This document shows positions 18,017-30,506 of a DNA stretch of 64,000 bases, piece by piece. Under the pieces are notes generated by a model that was not told the DNA's origin, made no database searches, and saw only the letters and a program-made list of their open reading frames with translations. The translations under genes were made by a program, and so were the position numbers. Source of the DNA: an uncultured Gemmatimonadaceae bacterium. Lineage in GTDB: Bacteria; Gemmatimonadota; Gemmatimonadetes; Gemmatimonadales; Gemmatimonadaceae. The stretch covers positions 2,944,001 to 3,008,000 of the forward strand of contig CAWJMB010000002.1 of the NCBI GenBank assembly GCA_963843845.1. Direction: 5' to 3'. The stretch's first letter is position 1, and each line of letters starts with the position of its first letter.

Positions 18017-20370
18017 ATGCGACGCGCCGCGCTCCGGCTCGCGGCGGGCGCCCTCTTCTGGGCGGGGAGCGCCGCGATCGTCGCGGCGGGCGCGTTCGCG
18101 TGCGGCGGATCGTCGCGCGACGACGCGGCGCTGTGGGGCGACGTGGCGTCCGGCGCCGCGCGGATCGCGCTACCGTCACCGTCGGACGACGCGCCGAGCG
18201 AGCGCGTCGCGCGCGCCGACTTCGCGGGGGCGGCGACGTGCGCGGCGTGCCACGCGACGCAGTCGGCCGCGTGGTCGCGGTCGACGCACGGGCGGGCGGG
18301 CGGCGTACCGTCGCCGTCGCTCGTGATCGCACCGTTCGACGGCACGCCGATTCGGTTCCGGAACGCGACGGTGATCCCGTCGAGCGCGGGCGGGCGATAC
18401 GCGTTCACGGTGCGGCAGGCGGGGGAGCCGGACGTGACGTGGCCCGTCACCGCGGTCGTCGGCGGCGGGCACATGCGCGGCGGCGGCACGCAGGGGTTCG
18501 TGACGCGGTGGGGGGACGGCACGCTCCGCTTTCTGCCGTTCGACTGGTCGCGGTCGTCTGGCACGTGGTTCTGCAACACGACGACGCGCGGCGCACAAGG
18601 CTGGACGCCGATCACGGCGGAGCTGCCGATCGAGGCGTGCGCCGACTGGACGCCGACGCGCGTGCTGGGCGACGAGCCTCGCTTCACGAACTGCCAGGGA
18701 TGTCACGCGAGCCGGGTGACCGTGGCGCTCGATACGGCCGCGCGCGCGTACCGCACCGAGCTCGCGACGCTCGCGATCGACTGCGAGTCGTGCCACGGCC
18801 CCGCGCGCGCGCACGCCGCGGCGCCGACCACGACGCCGATGCGGAAGCTCGGCGCGTCGGCAAGGACGCGTCGATCGAGACGTGCGCGTCGTGCCACGCG
18901 ACGAAGGCGCGGCTGGCCGGTGGCGCGCGCGGCGCACCGTACCTCCCGGGCGGCGCGCTGAGCGCGCACTACTCGCCGCGGCTCGCGGTGCTCGGCGATT
19001 CGTTGCTGCACCCTGACGGGCGGACGCGAACGTTCGCCTATCAGGAAGGGCACATGTGGAGCGACTGCTACGTCAACGGGCCGATGACGTGCACCAGCTG
19101 CCACGACCCGCACTCGCAGGGCTACCGGGACGTCGCCCGCCGACCGCTCGCGAGTCCCTACGACGACGGGCAGTGCACGGGCTGCCACACGGCCCTCGGG
19201 GCGACGCCGGCCGCGGTACAGGAGCACACGAAGCACGGGCCGTCGTCGGCCGGAAGTCGCTGCGTCGCGTGCCACATGCCGTACGTGCAGGAGCGCGCGG
19301 TCGGCACGCGCATCCGGTACGGGCGCTCGGACCACACGACGTCGATCCCCCGGCCGGCGTTCGACGACTCGCTCGGGGTGCCGAACGCTTGCGCGAACTG
19401 CCACCGCGACCGCTCGGCGGCTCAGCTCGAGGCAGACGAGCGGCGACTCTGGGGAGCGATCAAGCCGCTCCCGGCCGTCGTCGCCGCGCTCGCGCGCGCG
19501 GAGCGGGCGCCCGACGACGGGGATGCGACGGCCGCGCTGCTGGACACGACGACGCGCCACGTCGCGGCACAGTACGCGGCGCTCGCACTGTTCGCGACGC
19601 GGCTCCGGGCGCCAGACCCCGAGGCGTTCGACGGCGGCTCGCTGCTGCGGCTGCGCGCGCTCGCGCGCGCCGCCGATCTCGACGTGCGCGCGCTCGCTCT
19701 CGCGACGCTGCATTTCGCGGGCGGCGAGCGCACCGGCGTGCGCCGCTTCCTCGCCGAGCGCCTGACGGCGGATTCGCAGCCCGCACTGCTGCGTGCGCGG
19801 TGGGCGACGGCGCTCGGCGCGCTCGCCGACGCGGCGCGGGATCGGGGGGACGTGCGCGCCGCGGCGACGACGCTGCGCAAGGCGATCGAGGTGCGTCCGA
19901 GCGACGCGCGACTGCACGCGGCGTTAGGCCGGGCGCTCGTCGCGCAGGGTGACGCGCAGAGCGGCACGGCGGCGTACGAGCGGTCGCTGTCGCTCGACCC
20001 GGCCCAGCCCCTCGTCCTCGTCGACCTCGGCGTCGCGCGTGAGGTGGCGCAGGACGGAACGGGCGCGGTGAGCGCGTACCAGCGGGCGCTCGCGCTGAAC
20101 GCGCACGAGCCGCTCGCGCTCGCGAACCTCGGCAACGCCTACCTCCGCGCGGGCGAGCCGGCCGCCGCGGCGCCACTCTACCGCCGCGCGCTCGCCGAGG
20201 ACGCGTCGCTCGCCAGCGTGCACTTCTCCCTCGCCCAGGCGTTGGGCCAGCAGGGCGACGCGGCGGGCGCGCTGCGCGCGCTGCGCCGCGGGCTCGCGTT
20301 CGACTCGAGCGACGCGAACGTGCGCGGCCTGGCGGACGAGCTGACTCGTCGGCTCGGGACGATGCCGTAG
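18017..20370 (+). CDS. multiheme c-type cytochrome with C-terminal HEAT/TPR repeats (frame break near 18860)
   Basis: Eight CxxCH motifs across two frames (CAACH, CQGCH, CESCH, CASCH, CTSCH, CTGCH, CVACH, CANCH), followed by TPR-like repeats. Confidence 0.85.
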
Positions 20371-20452
20371 CCCGCCCCTCCCCCGCGCGCCGGCCCCCGC
20401 GGAGCGAGGACCCGCGTTCACCCCCGGCGATGCCTCGCCGCGCTCGGAGCGA

Positions 20453-21723
20453 CTACCTGCGCAGCGCGCGCACGCCGTCGAGCAGGCGGTCGACCTCCGT
20501 CGGCGGTCGTGTAGCACGCCGCGCCGGCGCGCACGAGCCCGCGCTCCGCGTAGCCGAGCCGGTCGACGCAGACCGACGCGTAGAAGTCGCCGTGCGAGAC
20601 GAACACGCCGCGCGCCGCGAGCGACCGCGCGACGTCCTCCGAGTGCGCGCCGTCGACGACGAACGAGACGGTCGGCGTGCGCGGCGTGCCGGGCGGCGGG
20701 CCGAAGAGCGTCACGCCGTCGATCGCGCCGAGCCCGTCCCACAGGCGCGCGAGGAGCGCCTGCCCGGCGCGTGCAGCGCGTCGAAGGCGCGGGCGAGCCG
20801 CTCGCGCCGCGGGGTCGTCTCCGGCGGCGCCGCCGAGCGACGCGATGAAGTCGACCGCGGCGGCCGCGCCGACGATCCCCTCGTGATTCTGCGTGCCGGT
20901 CTCGAGGCGCTCGGGCGATCGTGTCCGGCGCCGGCTCGAGCTTCGGCACGTCGAGCGACGCGAGCAGCTCGGCGCGCCCCCAGAGCATGCCGACGTGCGG
21001 GCCGTAGAACTTGTACGCCGAGCAGGCGAGGAAGTCGCAGCCGAGCGCCGCGACGTCCACGAGCGTGTGCGGCGCGTAGTGCACCGCGTCGACGAAGACG
21101 AGCGCGCCGACGTCGTGCGCCATGGCGCGCCGCGGCGGCGACGTCGGTGATGGTGCCGAGCGCGTTCGACGCGGCGCCGATCGCGACAGCCGCGTGCGCG
21201 GGCCGAGCGCCGCGGCGAGGTCGTCCCAGTCGAGGCGGCCGGTCGCCGGGTCGATGCGCACGGTGCGCACGGCGACGCCGCGCTCCTCCGCCATCGCCGC
21301 CACGGCGCGACGTTCGCGTGGTGATCGAGCTCGGTGACGACGATCTCGTCGCCGGGGCCGAGCGCGCGCCCGTTCACGCCGCGCCCGATCGCGCGCGCGA
21401 GGTGGAACGTCGAGCGTCGTCATGTTCTGCCCGAACGCGATCTCGTCGGGCGCGCCCGCCGAGCAGATCGGCGCCCGCCGCCGCGCGCGTTCAGCAGCAG
21501 CGCGTCGGTCTCGGCGCTCGTCGGGTAGTCCCAGTGCGTGTTCGCGTTGTGGTGGAACAGGTAGTCGGCCATCGCGTCGACGACGGCGCGCGGCACCTGC
21601 GTGCCGCCGGGCCCGTCGAAGTAGGCGACCGGCTGGCCCGCGTGCACGCGCTCGAGCGCCGGGAACTGCGCACGCATCGGCGGCGACGTCGACCGCCCGG
21701 GCGGTGGCGGCGGTCGCGGTCAC
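20453..21723 (-). CDS. cysteine desulfurase-like aminotransferase class V (several frame breaks)
   Basis: Motifs YFDGPGGTQVP, FGQNMT, ELDHHANV, DAVHYAPH, CSAYKFYGPH, ETGTQNHE spread over several frames. Confidence 0.85.
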
Positions 21724-22716
21724 AGCTCCTGCTCCAGCCTGTCGTCCTGCGGCGGGATCGGCGGGATGGGAGCGTCGGCGGCGGCGGCCGGCGTCGGCGC
21801 GGCGGCCGGCGTCGGCGCGGCGGTCGGCGCGCCGATCGTCGCCCCGGCCCACTGCTCGACGAGCTGCGCCGCCTCGACGTGGTCGGCCTCCTCGCCGAGC
21901 GCGGCGTGCGCGAGGCGGAAGAGCTCCGCGGTGAGCTGGATGAGCGGCGCCGGCACCTGCTGCTCGCGCGCGACCTCGGCGGCGATGCCGACGTCCTTGT
22001 CGAGCAGCGCGAGGCGGAACGTGCGCGGGAAGGCGCGCGTCAGCACGCGCTCGGGGAAGAGGTTCATCGACGCGTTCGACCGTCCGCTCGACGCGTTGAT
22101 GACGTCGAGCGCGACGTCGGCGCGCACGCCGGCGCGCTCGAGCGTGGCGAGCCCCTCGGCGGTGCTCCAGATGTGCACGGCGAGCAGCGCGTTGTTCACC
22201 GCCTTCAGCGCGTCGCCGGCGCCGACGGCGCCGCAGTGCACGATCTTCTCGCCGAACGCCTCGAGCACGGGGCGCGCGCGCTCGAGCAGCCGCCGCGTCG
22301 CCGCCGACCATGACGGTGAGCGTGCCCTTCTCCGCGCCGATCGACGCCGCCGCTCACCGGCGCGTCGAGGAAGCCGACGCCGTCGCTCGGCGAGCCGCGC
22401 GGCGATGCGGCGCGACGTCGCCGGGTCGCCCGACGTGCAGTCGACGAGGAGCGCGCCCGGCGCGATCGCGTCGAAGCAGTCCGCCGTCGAGCAGCGCCTC
22501 CACCTCGCGCGACGACGGCAGGCAGGTGATGACGACCTCGGCGCCGCGCACGGCGTCGGCGGGCGTGTCGGCGACGCGCGCGCCGCGTGCTCCGCGGCGA
22601 ACGCGGCGGCGCGCGCGGCCGTGCGGTTCCAGACGGTGAGGCGGAACGGCGGCGCGGCGAGGTGGCGCGGCCATCGGCGCGCCGATCGCGCCGAGGCCGA
22701 GGAAGGCGACGTTCAT
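21720..22716 (-). CDS. NAD(P)-dependent beta-hydroxyacid dehydrogenase (3-hydroxyisobutyrate DH family), frame-broken
   Basis: Motifs VAFLGLGAIG, ITCLP, DAPVSGG, KAVNN, KDVGIA. Confidence 0.85.
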
Positions 22717-22775
22717 GAGTCGCGACGAGTGAACTCGGCTCGACTGCCGATCCCCGCACCGTCCCACCGTCGCCG

Positions 22776-23012
22776 ATGCGCACCGCGCACCTCACCATCG
22801 CCGGCATGCGCGCCGTGCACGCCGTCCGCGCCGTCTACACCGCGTTCTCCGGCGTGCCCGGCATCATGCGCGCCGACGTGTCGCTCGGCGCGGCGACCGT
22901 CGAGCACGACGGGACGGTGAGCGAGGCGACGCTGCGGGAGGCCGTCGACCTGGCCGGGTTTCAGGTCACGGGCGTGCGTCACGAGCGCCGCCTCCCCACG
23001 CTCGGCGCGTGA
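22776..23012 (+). CDS. HMA/CopZ-fold small protein lacking the CxxC motif
   Basis: LTIAGMRAVHAVRAV..VPGI..ADVSL..ATV....LREAV..AGF follows the HMA pattern. Confidence 0.7.
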   Translation: MRTAHLTIAGMRAVHAVRAVYTAFSGVPGIMRADVSLGAATVEHDGTVSEATLREAVDLAGFQVTGVRHERRLPTLGA

Positions 23013-23353
23013 GGCGGCGGTGCCACGCGTGCTCCAGGCCTCGGCACGTCCTCGCGTGGCGGCGAGGTCCGCGCGAGGCGCCGCCCCCGGGGTTCGCGCT
23101 CGGCGCCGCGACGGCTCCGTCTCGTGGACCGGGAGCGGCGCAGGCCGATCCGACGAGCGTTAGGCACTGACCCGACCGCTGCACGAACGCCGACCGCGAC
23201 GCCGCACTGGCGCCCTGCGCCCCCCGGCGCCACCGGGCATGCGCCTGGCCGGTCGCCGGCGGCCGCGAGGCGCTTCCCTCCCCGACTAACTTGCCCGCGC
23301 CTCGTCCCCGCGCGCCGACGCCCGGACGCGACCGCTCCTCGGACCCGCCAACC

Positions 23354-24818
23354 ATGATGCCACCCCACGAGACAACGCCGAGCGCCCCGTCGCCGCGCTG
23401 CTCGCGCCGGACATCCTCGACCTGCTCGACGAGGACCCGACAGAGCGTCGCGCGCGAGACCGAGGAGATGCACCCGGCCGACCTCGCCGACGTCGCCGAG
23501 GCGCTGCCCCGAGGAGCGCGTCGTCGAGTTCCTGAGCGCGCTGCCGAACGCCGCGCGCCGCCGACGTGCTCGAGTACCTCGAGCGAGGAGCGTGCGCTCG
23601 CTCGCGCTCGAGGCGATGACGACGCGCCAGGCCGCCGGCGCTCGTCTCCGAGATGACAGCCCGACGACCGCGCCGACGTCCTCGAGGAGCTCGAGGAGGA
23701 GCGGGCCGAGGAGATCCTCCAGGAGATCCCGGCCGAGGCGCGCGCCGAGACCGAGGCGCTGCTGCGAGTACGAGCCCGACTCCGCCGGCGGCCGCATGAC
23801 GACCGAGTTCGTCGTCGGCCGCCGAGACGCTGACGGTCGAGGAGGCGCTGCGCGGCGTGCGCGCGATGGCGCGCAGCGAGCGGCGCGAGGCGATGTACAC
23901 CGTCTACACGACCGACGTGACGGGGCGACTGCTCGGCGTGCTGTCGCTGCGCGAGCTGCTCGCCGCGCCCGAGGGCGCGCGCCTCGCCGACGTCGCGTGG
24001 ACCGAGGTGCAGACCGTGCTGCCGACGCGCCGCGCAGGAGGACGTCGCGCGCCTCGCGCTCGGACTACGACCTCGTCGCCGTGCCGGTGGTCGACGACGG
24101 ACCGCCGACTGCTGGGCGTCGTGACGGTCGACGACGTCATCGACGTCATCGAGGAGGAGCAGACCGAGGACATCCAGAAGCTCGGCGGCATGGAGGCGCT
24201 CGACGAGCCGTACATGGAGATCGGCTTCGGAGCGATGATCCGGAAGCGCGCCGGGTGGCTGTCGCGTGCTGTTCGTCGGCGAGATGTTCACCGCGACCGC
24301 GACGGCGCAGTTCCAGGGGGAGCTGGAGCGCACGGTGATCCTCTCGCTGCTCATGCCGCTCATCATCAGCTCCGGCGGCAACTCCGGGTCGCAGGCGACG
24401 TCGCTCATCATCCGCGCGATGGCGCTGGGCGAGGTGCGGCTGCGCGACTGGTGGCGGGTCGCGTCGCGCGAGCTGCCGACCGGGCTCACGCTCGGCGCGA
24501 TCCTCGGGGTGCTCGGCGCGGCGCGGATCTATCTCTGGCAGTGGATGCACGACCGCGGCGTGCGGCTGTTCGGGCACGCGGTCGGCTACGACTATCGGGC
24601 CGCACCACGGGCTCGTCGCCGCGACGATCGGCGTGTCGGTCGTCGGCGTCGTGACGTTCGGCTCGTTCACGGGCAGCATGCTGCCGTTCCTGCTCCGGCG
24701 CCTCGGACTCGACCCGGCGAGCGCGTCGGCGCCGTTCGTCGCGACGCTCGTCGACGTGACCGGGCTCGTGATCTACTTCACGATCGCGCTCCTCTTCCTG
24801 CGCGGTACGCTGATCTAG
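23354..24818 (+). CDS. mgtE: magnesium transporter MgtE (several frame breaks)
   Basis: Motifs [21 protein letters not shown] pair, [32 protein letters not shown]. Confidence 0.9.
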
Positions 24819-25704
24819 TGGCCGGGCGAGACGAAGGCGTCGCACGGGCGACGGCGCTCGTCGCGTTCAGCGCGTGCTGCTTCGGGTCGATCGGCGTGCT
24901 GTCGCTCCTCGCGGACGCACTCCGGCCTCCCGCTCGCGGCGACGATGGCGTGGCGCTACGTGCCGGGGGCGCTCGTGCTCCTCGCGCTGACCGGCGTGAC
25001 GCACGTGCGGACGTCGCCGCGCCGCGCGCTCGCGATGACGCTGATCGCCGGCGGCTGTCAGGCGCTGGTCGCCTGGGTCACGCTGTCGTCACTGCGCTGG
25101 ATCTCGGCGCGCGACGCTCGGCTTTCTCTTCTACACGTATCCCGCGTGGGTCGCCGTGTTCGGCGCCATCCGCGGCACCGAGCGGCTCGACCGGCGGCAG
25201 GTCGTCGCGCTGGCACTGTCGCTGGGCGGCATCGCGCTCATGGTCGGCGGGCCGCGGGCGGCTCGCCTGGCAGGGCGTGTCGCTCGCGCTCGGCGGGGCG
25301 GTGATCTACGCGCTGTATGTGCCCGTACATCGACCGACTCCAGCGCGAGAGCTCGTCGGGGGCGGCGGCGACCTACGTGACCGGCGGCGCCGGGATCCTG
25401 TTCACCGCCGCGGCCGTCGCGACCGGCACCGTCGCGCTTCCGTCGACGGGGCTGGCGTGGCGCGCCGTCGGGCTGCTCGCCGTGGTGTGCACGGCGCTCG
25501 CGTTCATCACGCTCTTCCGCGGACTCGCGACGTTGGGCCCCGTGCGCAGCTCGATCGTGTCCACGGTCGAGCCGTTCTGGACGGCGATCCTCGGCGCGCT
25601 CGTGCTCGCACCAGTCGCTCACCGCGACGAACGTCATCGGCGGCGCGCTGATCGCGGCGGCCGTGCTGCTGTTGCAGCTCGACGCCAGGCGGCGGACGAC
25701 CTAG
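24818..25704 (+). CDS. DMT/EamA family transporter (frame-broken)
   Basis: Multiple TM segments; motifs FYTYPAWV, LGPVRSSIVSTVEP. Confidence 0.8.
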
Positions 25705-26410
25705 CCCGGACGCCGCTGGCTGCGCGCGTAGACCACCGCCCCGACGACGGCGACGCTCGCGAAGCTGAACCACTGCACGGCGTAGCTCTTGTGCGGCCCC
25801 TCGTCGAGCGCCGGCGCCGCCAGTCGAACCGGCACGTCGCGTCGCGCCGAGTCGCGCGGCGGGTCGAGGACGACGTAGTAGCGGCGTGACCGGCGCGCCG
25901 AACGACTTCGCGAGCGCGTCGACGTCGAGCCAGCGGTAGGCGCGCGCCGTCGAGGCGAGCGCCGCGTCTCCCGCACGGCGCGACGGAATCTCGACCCACC
26001 CGGACGCGACGACCGTCGTGTCGGGCTCCCGCCACCGCGCGGCGTCGATCGCCGTTCCGTTCGGCGAGTAGACCCAGCCGCGGTTCACGAGCACCAGCGT
26101 GTCGGTGCCCGCGACGCGCACCGGCGTCACGACGTTCACGCCCGGGCGATCCGTCGCGCTGCCGGTTCGCGAGCACGACCTCGCGCGCGAACTCGTAGGT
26201 GCCGGCGACGAGCGCGCGACGGTAGTGCACGGCGCCGGAGTCGGTCGGCAGCGCGCGCCACGACGCCGGCGGCGCGGCGAGACGGGCGAGCACCACCGCG
26301 TTCAGCGCGCGTCGTTCGTGCAATCGCGAGAGCTGCCAGATCCCGAGTCGGACGAAGAGCGCGGCCGCGGCGGCCGAGATGAGCAGATAGAGCGTCGTGC
26401 GGCGGGTCAT
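25701..26410 (-). CDS. SURF1 family protein (frame-broken)
   Basis: Motifs LGIWQLSR, VVTP, VLVNRGWV, HKSYAVQWF. Confidence 0.85.
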
Positions 26411-26436
26411 GACGGATCGACGAGAGAGCGAGCGAC

Positions 26437-27279
26437 TCAGAACAGCGAAATCTGCTCTCCCAACTGATCTGGCATCACCGGCGTCTGCCCGAGGCGGTGC
26501 TGCACGTCGCGCGCGGTCGCCGGCGAGTGTCCGGCGAAGTGGTTGTTGACGTAGACGAAGACCCTCGAGACGAGCGGCGGCATCGCGCGGAGCGCCGGCA
26601 CCCACGCCTCGACTTCACGGGTGCGGTCGACCTGGATCCGCGAGTAGTCGACGAGGTCGCGGTTCGGCCCCATCCACCGCACGTACGCGAACGGCGCGGT
26701 GGGGCGCGCGGCGAGCGCGATCATCGTGCGGCGCGGGATCCAGCGCGCGTCGGTGAGCGCGAGCGCGACGCCGTGCTCGGCGAGCAGCGCGACGACGCCG
26801 TCGGTGATCCAACCGCGGTGGCGGAACTCGACCGCGACCGACACGTCGTTCGGCAGCTCGGGCAGGAACGTCGCGAGCGCCGGCAGCTCGCCCGGCAGGA
26901 AGTCGGGGCCGAGCTGCATGAGGATCGGACCGAGCTTTCCCTCGAGCTCGCGCGCGCGGTCGACGAAGTGCCGCATCTGCTCGAACGCGACGCCGCGCAG
27001 GCGCGCCTCGTGCGTGACCGATTGCGGCATCTTGAGCGCGAACGCGAATCCGTCGGGCACGCGCTCGGCCCACCCGCGCACCGTCTTCACGGACGGCGTC
27101 GCGTAGAAGGTCGAATCGACCTCGACCGTGTCGAAGGCGCGGGCGTAGAGCGTGAGAAAATCGGCCGCGCGCGTGCCCGACGGATAGAACGGCCCGACCC
27201 AGGCGTCGTAGTTCCACCCCTGCGTGCCGACGCGGATCGGGCGAGACGTGACGTGCGTGACGTCCTCGAACAGTGACAT
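26437..27279 (-). CDS. DUF72 domain protein
   Basis: Motifs VGTQGWNY..W...FYP, VEVDSTFY, VEFRH..W, YVRW.G, YVNNH. Confidence 0.9.
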   Translation of the reverse strand: MSLFEDVTHVTSRPIRVGTQGWNYDAWVGPFYPSGTRAADFLTLYARAFDTVEVDSTFYATPSVKTVRGWAERVPDGFAFALKMPQSVTHEARLRGVAFEQMRHFVDRARELEGKLGPILMQLGPDFLPGELPALATFLPELPNDVSVAVEFRHRGWITDGVVALLAEHGVALALTDARWIPRRTMIALAARPTAPFAYVRWMGPNRDLVDYSRIQVDRTREVEAWVPALRAMPPLVSRVFVYVNNHFAGHSPATARDVQHRLGQTPVMPDQLGEQISLF

Positions 27280-27418
27280 GTGGGCAATCGGTATCCGGCG
27301 CGAGGACGTGTCAAGCCGGATCCGGGCCGTGCGATCCGCGCCGCAGTGCCGCGCCGGGTCCCCTTTTTGCCTTACTGGGGATGGCTGTCCCTACGCCTTC
27401 TTCGGAGGAGAGGAAATC

Positions 27419-28177
27419 ATGGATGACTTGAATCGCAATACAGACGTCGATACGACGCGCGGCACCCTGGGCGCCGACGCGAACCGCACGGCGCGCGTTG
27501 CAGCTGACACGCGCGACGTCGACAACGGCGCGGGCGACGAGATCGGTGAGGCGGTCGGCGGCATTTCCGGTGTCCTCACCGGCGCGGCGCTCGGCTCGCT
27601 CGGCGGGCCGGTCGGCACGGTGATCGGCGGGATCGCGGGCGCGGTGAGCGGGTGGTGGGCCGGCCGCGCGATCTCCGAGGCCGCGGGGCAGGTCACGGGC
27701 GAGGACGAGGACTACTACCGCACGCATTACGAGGGCTCCGACCGCCGTCTCGCGGATCGTTCGTACGACGACGTCCGTCCGGCGTACCAGGTCGGTCACA
27801 TCGCGGCGCGCAACCCGGACTACCGCGATCGCGGCTTCGAGGACGTCGAGCCCGACCTGCGGCACGGGTGGTCTGCCGACGTGAGCCAGACGCACGGCAA
27901 CTGGGACGATGTGCGTGACTACGCGCGGACGGCCTACGATCGCAGCCGCACGTCGGCCTTCGGCATGGGCGCCGTCGCGGGGTCGTCGACGTCGAGCGGT
28001 GCGGACGACACCGGCGAGCGCCTCGCCGACCGCGCCGAGAACACGTGGGACCGCACGAAGGACGCGGCGCGCGACGCCGGCCACCGCGCGGCGAATGCGA
28101 TCGACGACATGAAGGACCGCGTCGACGGCGACCCGGCCTCGCGCCCGGGAACCGACCCGACGGACCGTCGCTTCTGA
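27419..28177 (+). CDS. hypothetical stress-type protein with glycine-zipper segment
   Basis: GGAGGAG RBS; GG.SG...GAALGSLGGPVG..IGG.AGA glycine zipper; domain YYR.HY...DRSYDD.RPAY. Confidence 0.8.
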   Translation: MDDLNRNTDVDTTRGTLGADANRTARVAADTRDVDNGAGDEIGEAVGGISGVLTGAALGSLGGPVGTVIGGIAGAVSGWWAGRAISEAAGQVTGEDEDYYRTHYEGSDRRLADRSYDDVRPAYQVGHIAARNPDYRDRGFEDVEPDLRHGWSADVSQTHGNWDDVRDYARTAYDRSRTSAFGMGAVAGSSTSSGADDTGERLADRAENTWDRTKDAARDAGHRAANAIDDMKDRVDGDPASRPGTDPTDRRF

Positions 28178-28213
28178 GCGAGGTCGGCTGACGGCGCGGC
28201 CCGACGATCCTGC

Positions 28214-29739
28214 CTAACGGTAGGTCTCGAAGAAGCCGCTCCCCTCGCCCGTCACCGGCCGGCCGTTCACGCGGCCGGTGACGCGCAGGCGCCCTTTCAT
28301 CTGCACGAAGTACGGACGTACGAGCCGGCGCGCCGCCTCCGCCTCCCCGCGTTCGATGAAGCCGAGCCGCGTATCGGTCGCGGTCGCGTCGTCCACGATG
28401 AGCTCGACCCGCAATGTGTCTCCCCCGCGGGCGTCGAGCATCACCCCGCTCGACGGAACGCGCACCGCCTCCCCGGCCACGGTGATCGTCCTGTCGTCGA
28501 CGTACGCGATGTCGCCGGGCCGGAACAGCGCCTGAAAGCCGTCGCGATCGACGAGGTAGAGGAAGAGCGACGAGCGAGTGCCCAACGAATCGGGCGGCTG
28601 CACGCGGCCGTAGAGCAGCGTGTACTCGCCCGCGCGTCCGGCGCCCCACTCCCACGTCACGCCGCTGCCACCCGCCCCAGTTGTGATCGTGGTACGCCTG
28701 CACCGCGTCGTATCGCTCGCAGCGCGGCGCGCCGGCCGCGCCCACGCAGATCGAGCCGGTCGCGTCGGCGCGCAGCCCGGCGACGGCGTAGCCGGACGCG
28801 AAGTCGCCGCTCTCGAGCGTCGCGCCCGGGAAGTACGCCCGCGGCTGCGGGCGCCACCACGAGGTCGACGACGATCGGCTCGCCGCCGCGCTCCGCGCGG
28901 GCCTCGGCGTGCACGGCGTAGTCGCCGTTCGGCAGCACGCGCACGGTCGACGTGCCGATCGTCAGGTCCGCGTCGCTGCGTCGAGAAGCGTACGGCGTCG
29001 CTGCCGAACGTCGCGCTGTAGCGGCGGCCCTCGCGCGCGCCCTGCACGTGCAGTCGTGACGAGCACCTGCCCGCCCCACCGCCCGCTCGCGCGCCCCGCG
29101 ACGTCGCCGGCGACGATGAACGAGACGAACGCCCACCGCGTGCGATCCGCGGAGAGCACGTTGAAGTAGTGCCACTCCGCCCACGAGTCGGGGCGTGCGA
29201 GTCCTGCGGGCGGCAGTGTGGAAGTGATCGATGTCGTGGCGCAGCTCGGCGAGCGTCGGGCGCGACCAGCGGCGGTCGCCGTCGTCGTCGCGCCACGCGC
29301 CGGCACGCGAGCGACACGGCGCCCCCGACGGCCGCCGTCGCCGACGGCACCTCGCCGCTCGCGCGCACCGGGAGCTCGCGCCCGTCGGCGGAGACGGAGG
29401 TAGAGCAGCTTCCCTTCGATCTGCGGCGCGACGGCACGGACGGACGTCCCGAGGCGGGGTGCGCCGAGCAGCTGCTGCTGTACGAAACGCGCGTTGGGGA
29501 TCGAGAAGTACAGCCCGCCGAGCCCGCCCATGCGCAGCACCTCGAGGTCGACGCCCTCGGGCAGCACGGTGATCTCGCCGCCGCCGACGAGCCGCCGGTC
29601 GCGCGCCTGCGCGACGAGCGCCTCGCCGACCGAGAGCAGCACGATCATCACGCTCACGCCGATCGCGAAGCCGGCGAGCAGCAGCAGCGAGCGCCACGGG
29701 TCGCTGCGCGAGGTTGCGGAACGCCAGCAGCGAGATCAT
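28214..29739 (-). CDS. ABC-permease-like N-terminus fused to AttH/CrtC-like (lipocalin-type) domain; frame-broken
   Basis: LAFRNL..RSLLLL.G..IGV.VMIVLLS permease start, then EWHYFN, YHDHNWG, WEWG and GFFETY. Confidence 0.6.
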
Positions 29740-30506
29740 CCGACGCGCGCCCCCCGAGGCAGCGCATCGTCGGGAGGCGGCGCGGTCGGCGTCGGGCGCG
29801 TCTCGCCGTCCGCGACGATCCGGCCGTCGGCCATGTGGACGACGCGCCGCGCCGCCTGCGCGAGCCGCTCGTCGTGCGTCACGACGACGATCGTCGTGCC
29901 GTCGGCATTCAACCGCTGGAACAGCGCGATGATCTCGGCGCCCGTCCGCGCGTCGAGCTCGCCGGTCGGCTCGTCGGCGAGGACGAGGGCGGCGGCGGTT
30001 CGCGAGCGCGCGCGCGATCGCGACGCGCTGCTGCTCGCCGCCGGAGAGCTGCGCCGGCCGGTGCGCCTCGCGCGCCGCCAGCCCGACGTACGAGAGCAGC
30101 TCGCGCGCCCGCGCCCGCCGAGCGTCAGCTGCACGCCGGCCTCCGCCATCGGCAGCTCGACGTTCTCGCGCGCCGAGAGCGTCGGCATGAGGTAGAAGCG
30201 CTGGAACACGAAGCCGACGCGCCGCAGGCGGAACCCGGTCGCCTCGCGGTCGCCGAACGTCGCCACGTCGCGCCCGTCGATCTCGACCACCCCGCTCGTC
30301 GGCCGGTCGACGCCGCCGAGGACGTTGAGCAGCGTCGACTTGCCGCAGCCGGACGGCCCGACGATCGCGACGTACTCGCCGGCCGCGACGTCGAACGACA
30401 CCCCGCGCAGCGCGTCGACGCGCTGGCCGCCGAGGGTGAACGAGCGGGAGACGTCGGTGAGGGCGATGAGTGCCCTGCTCGCCAGGCCAGGACCCTGCGC
30501 GGTCAT
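29736..30506 (-). CDS. ABC transporter ATP-binding protein (LolD/MacB-like), frame-broken
   Basis: Motifs [22 protein letters not shown] (shifted frame), LADEPTG, VVTHD. Confidence 0.9.
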   Translation of the reverse strand: MTAQGPGLASRALIALTDVSRSFTLGGQRVDALRGVSFDVAAGEYVAIVGPSGCGKSTLLNVLGGVDRPTSGVVEIDGRDVATFGDREATGFRLRRVGFVFQRFYLMPTLSARENVELPMAEAGVQLTLGGRGRASCSRTSGWRRARRTGRRSSPAASSSASRSRARSRTAAALVLADEPTGELDARTGAEIIALFQRLNADGTTIVVVTHDERLAQAARRVVHMADGRIVADGETRPTPTAPPPDDALPRGARVG

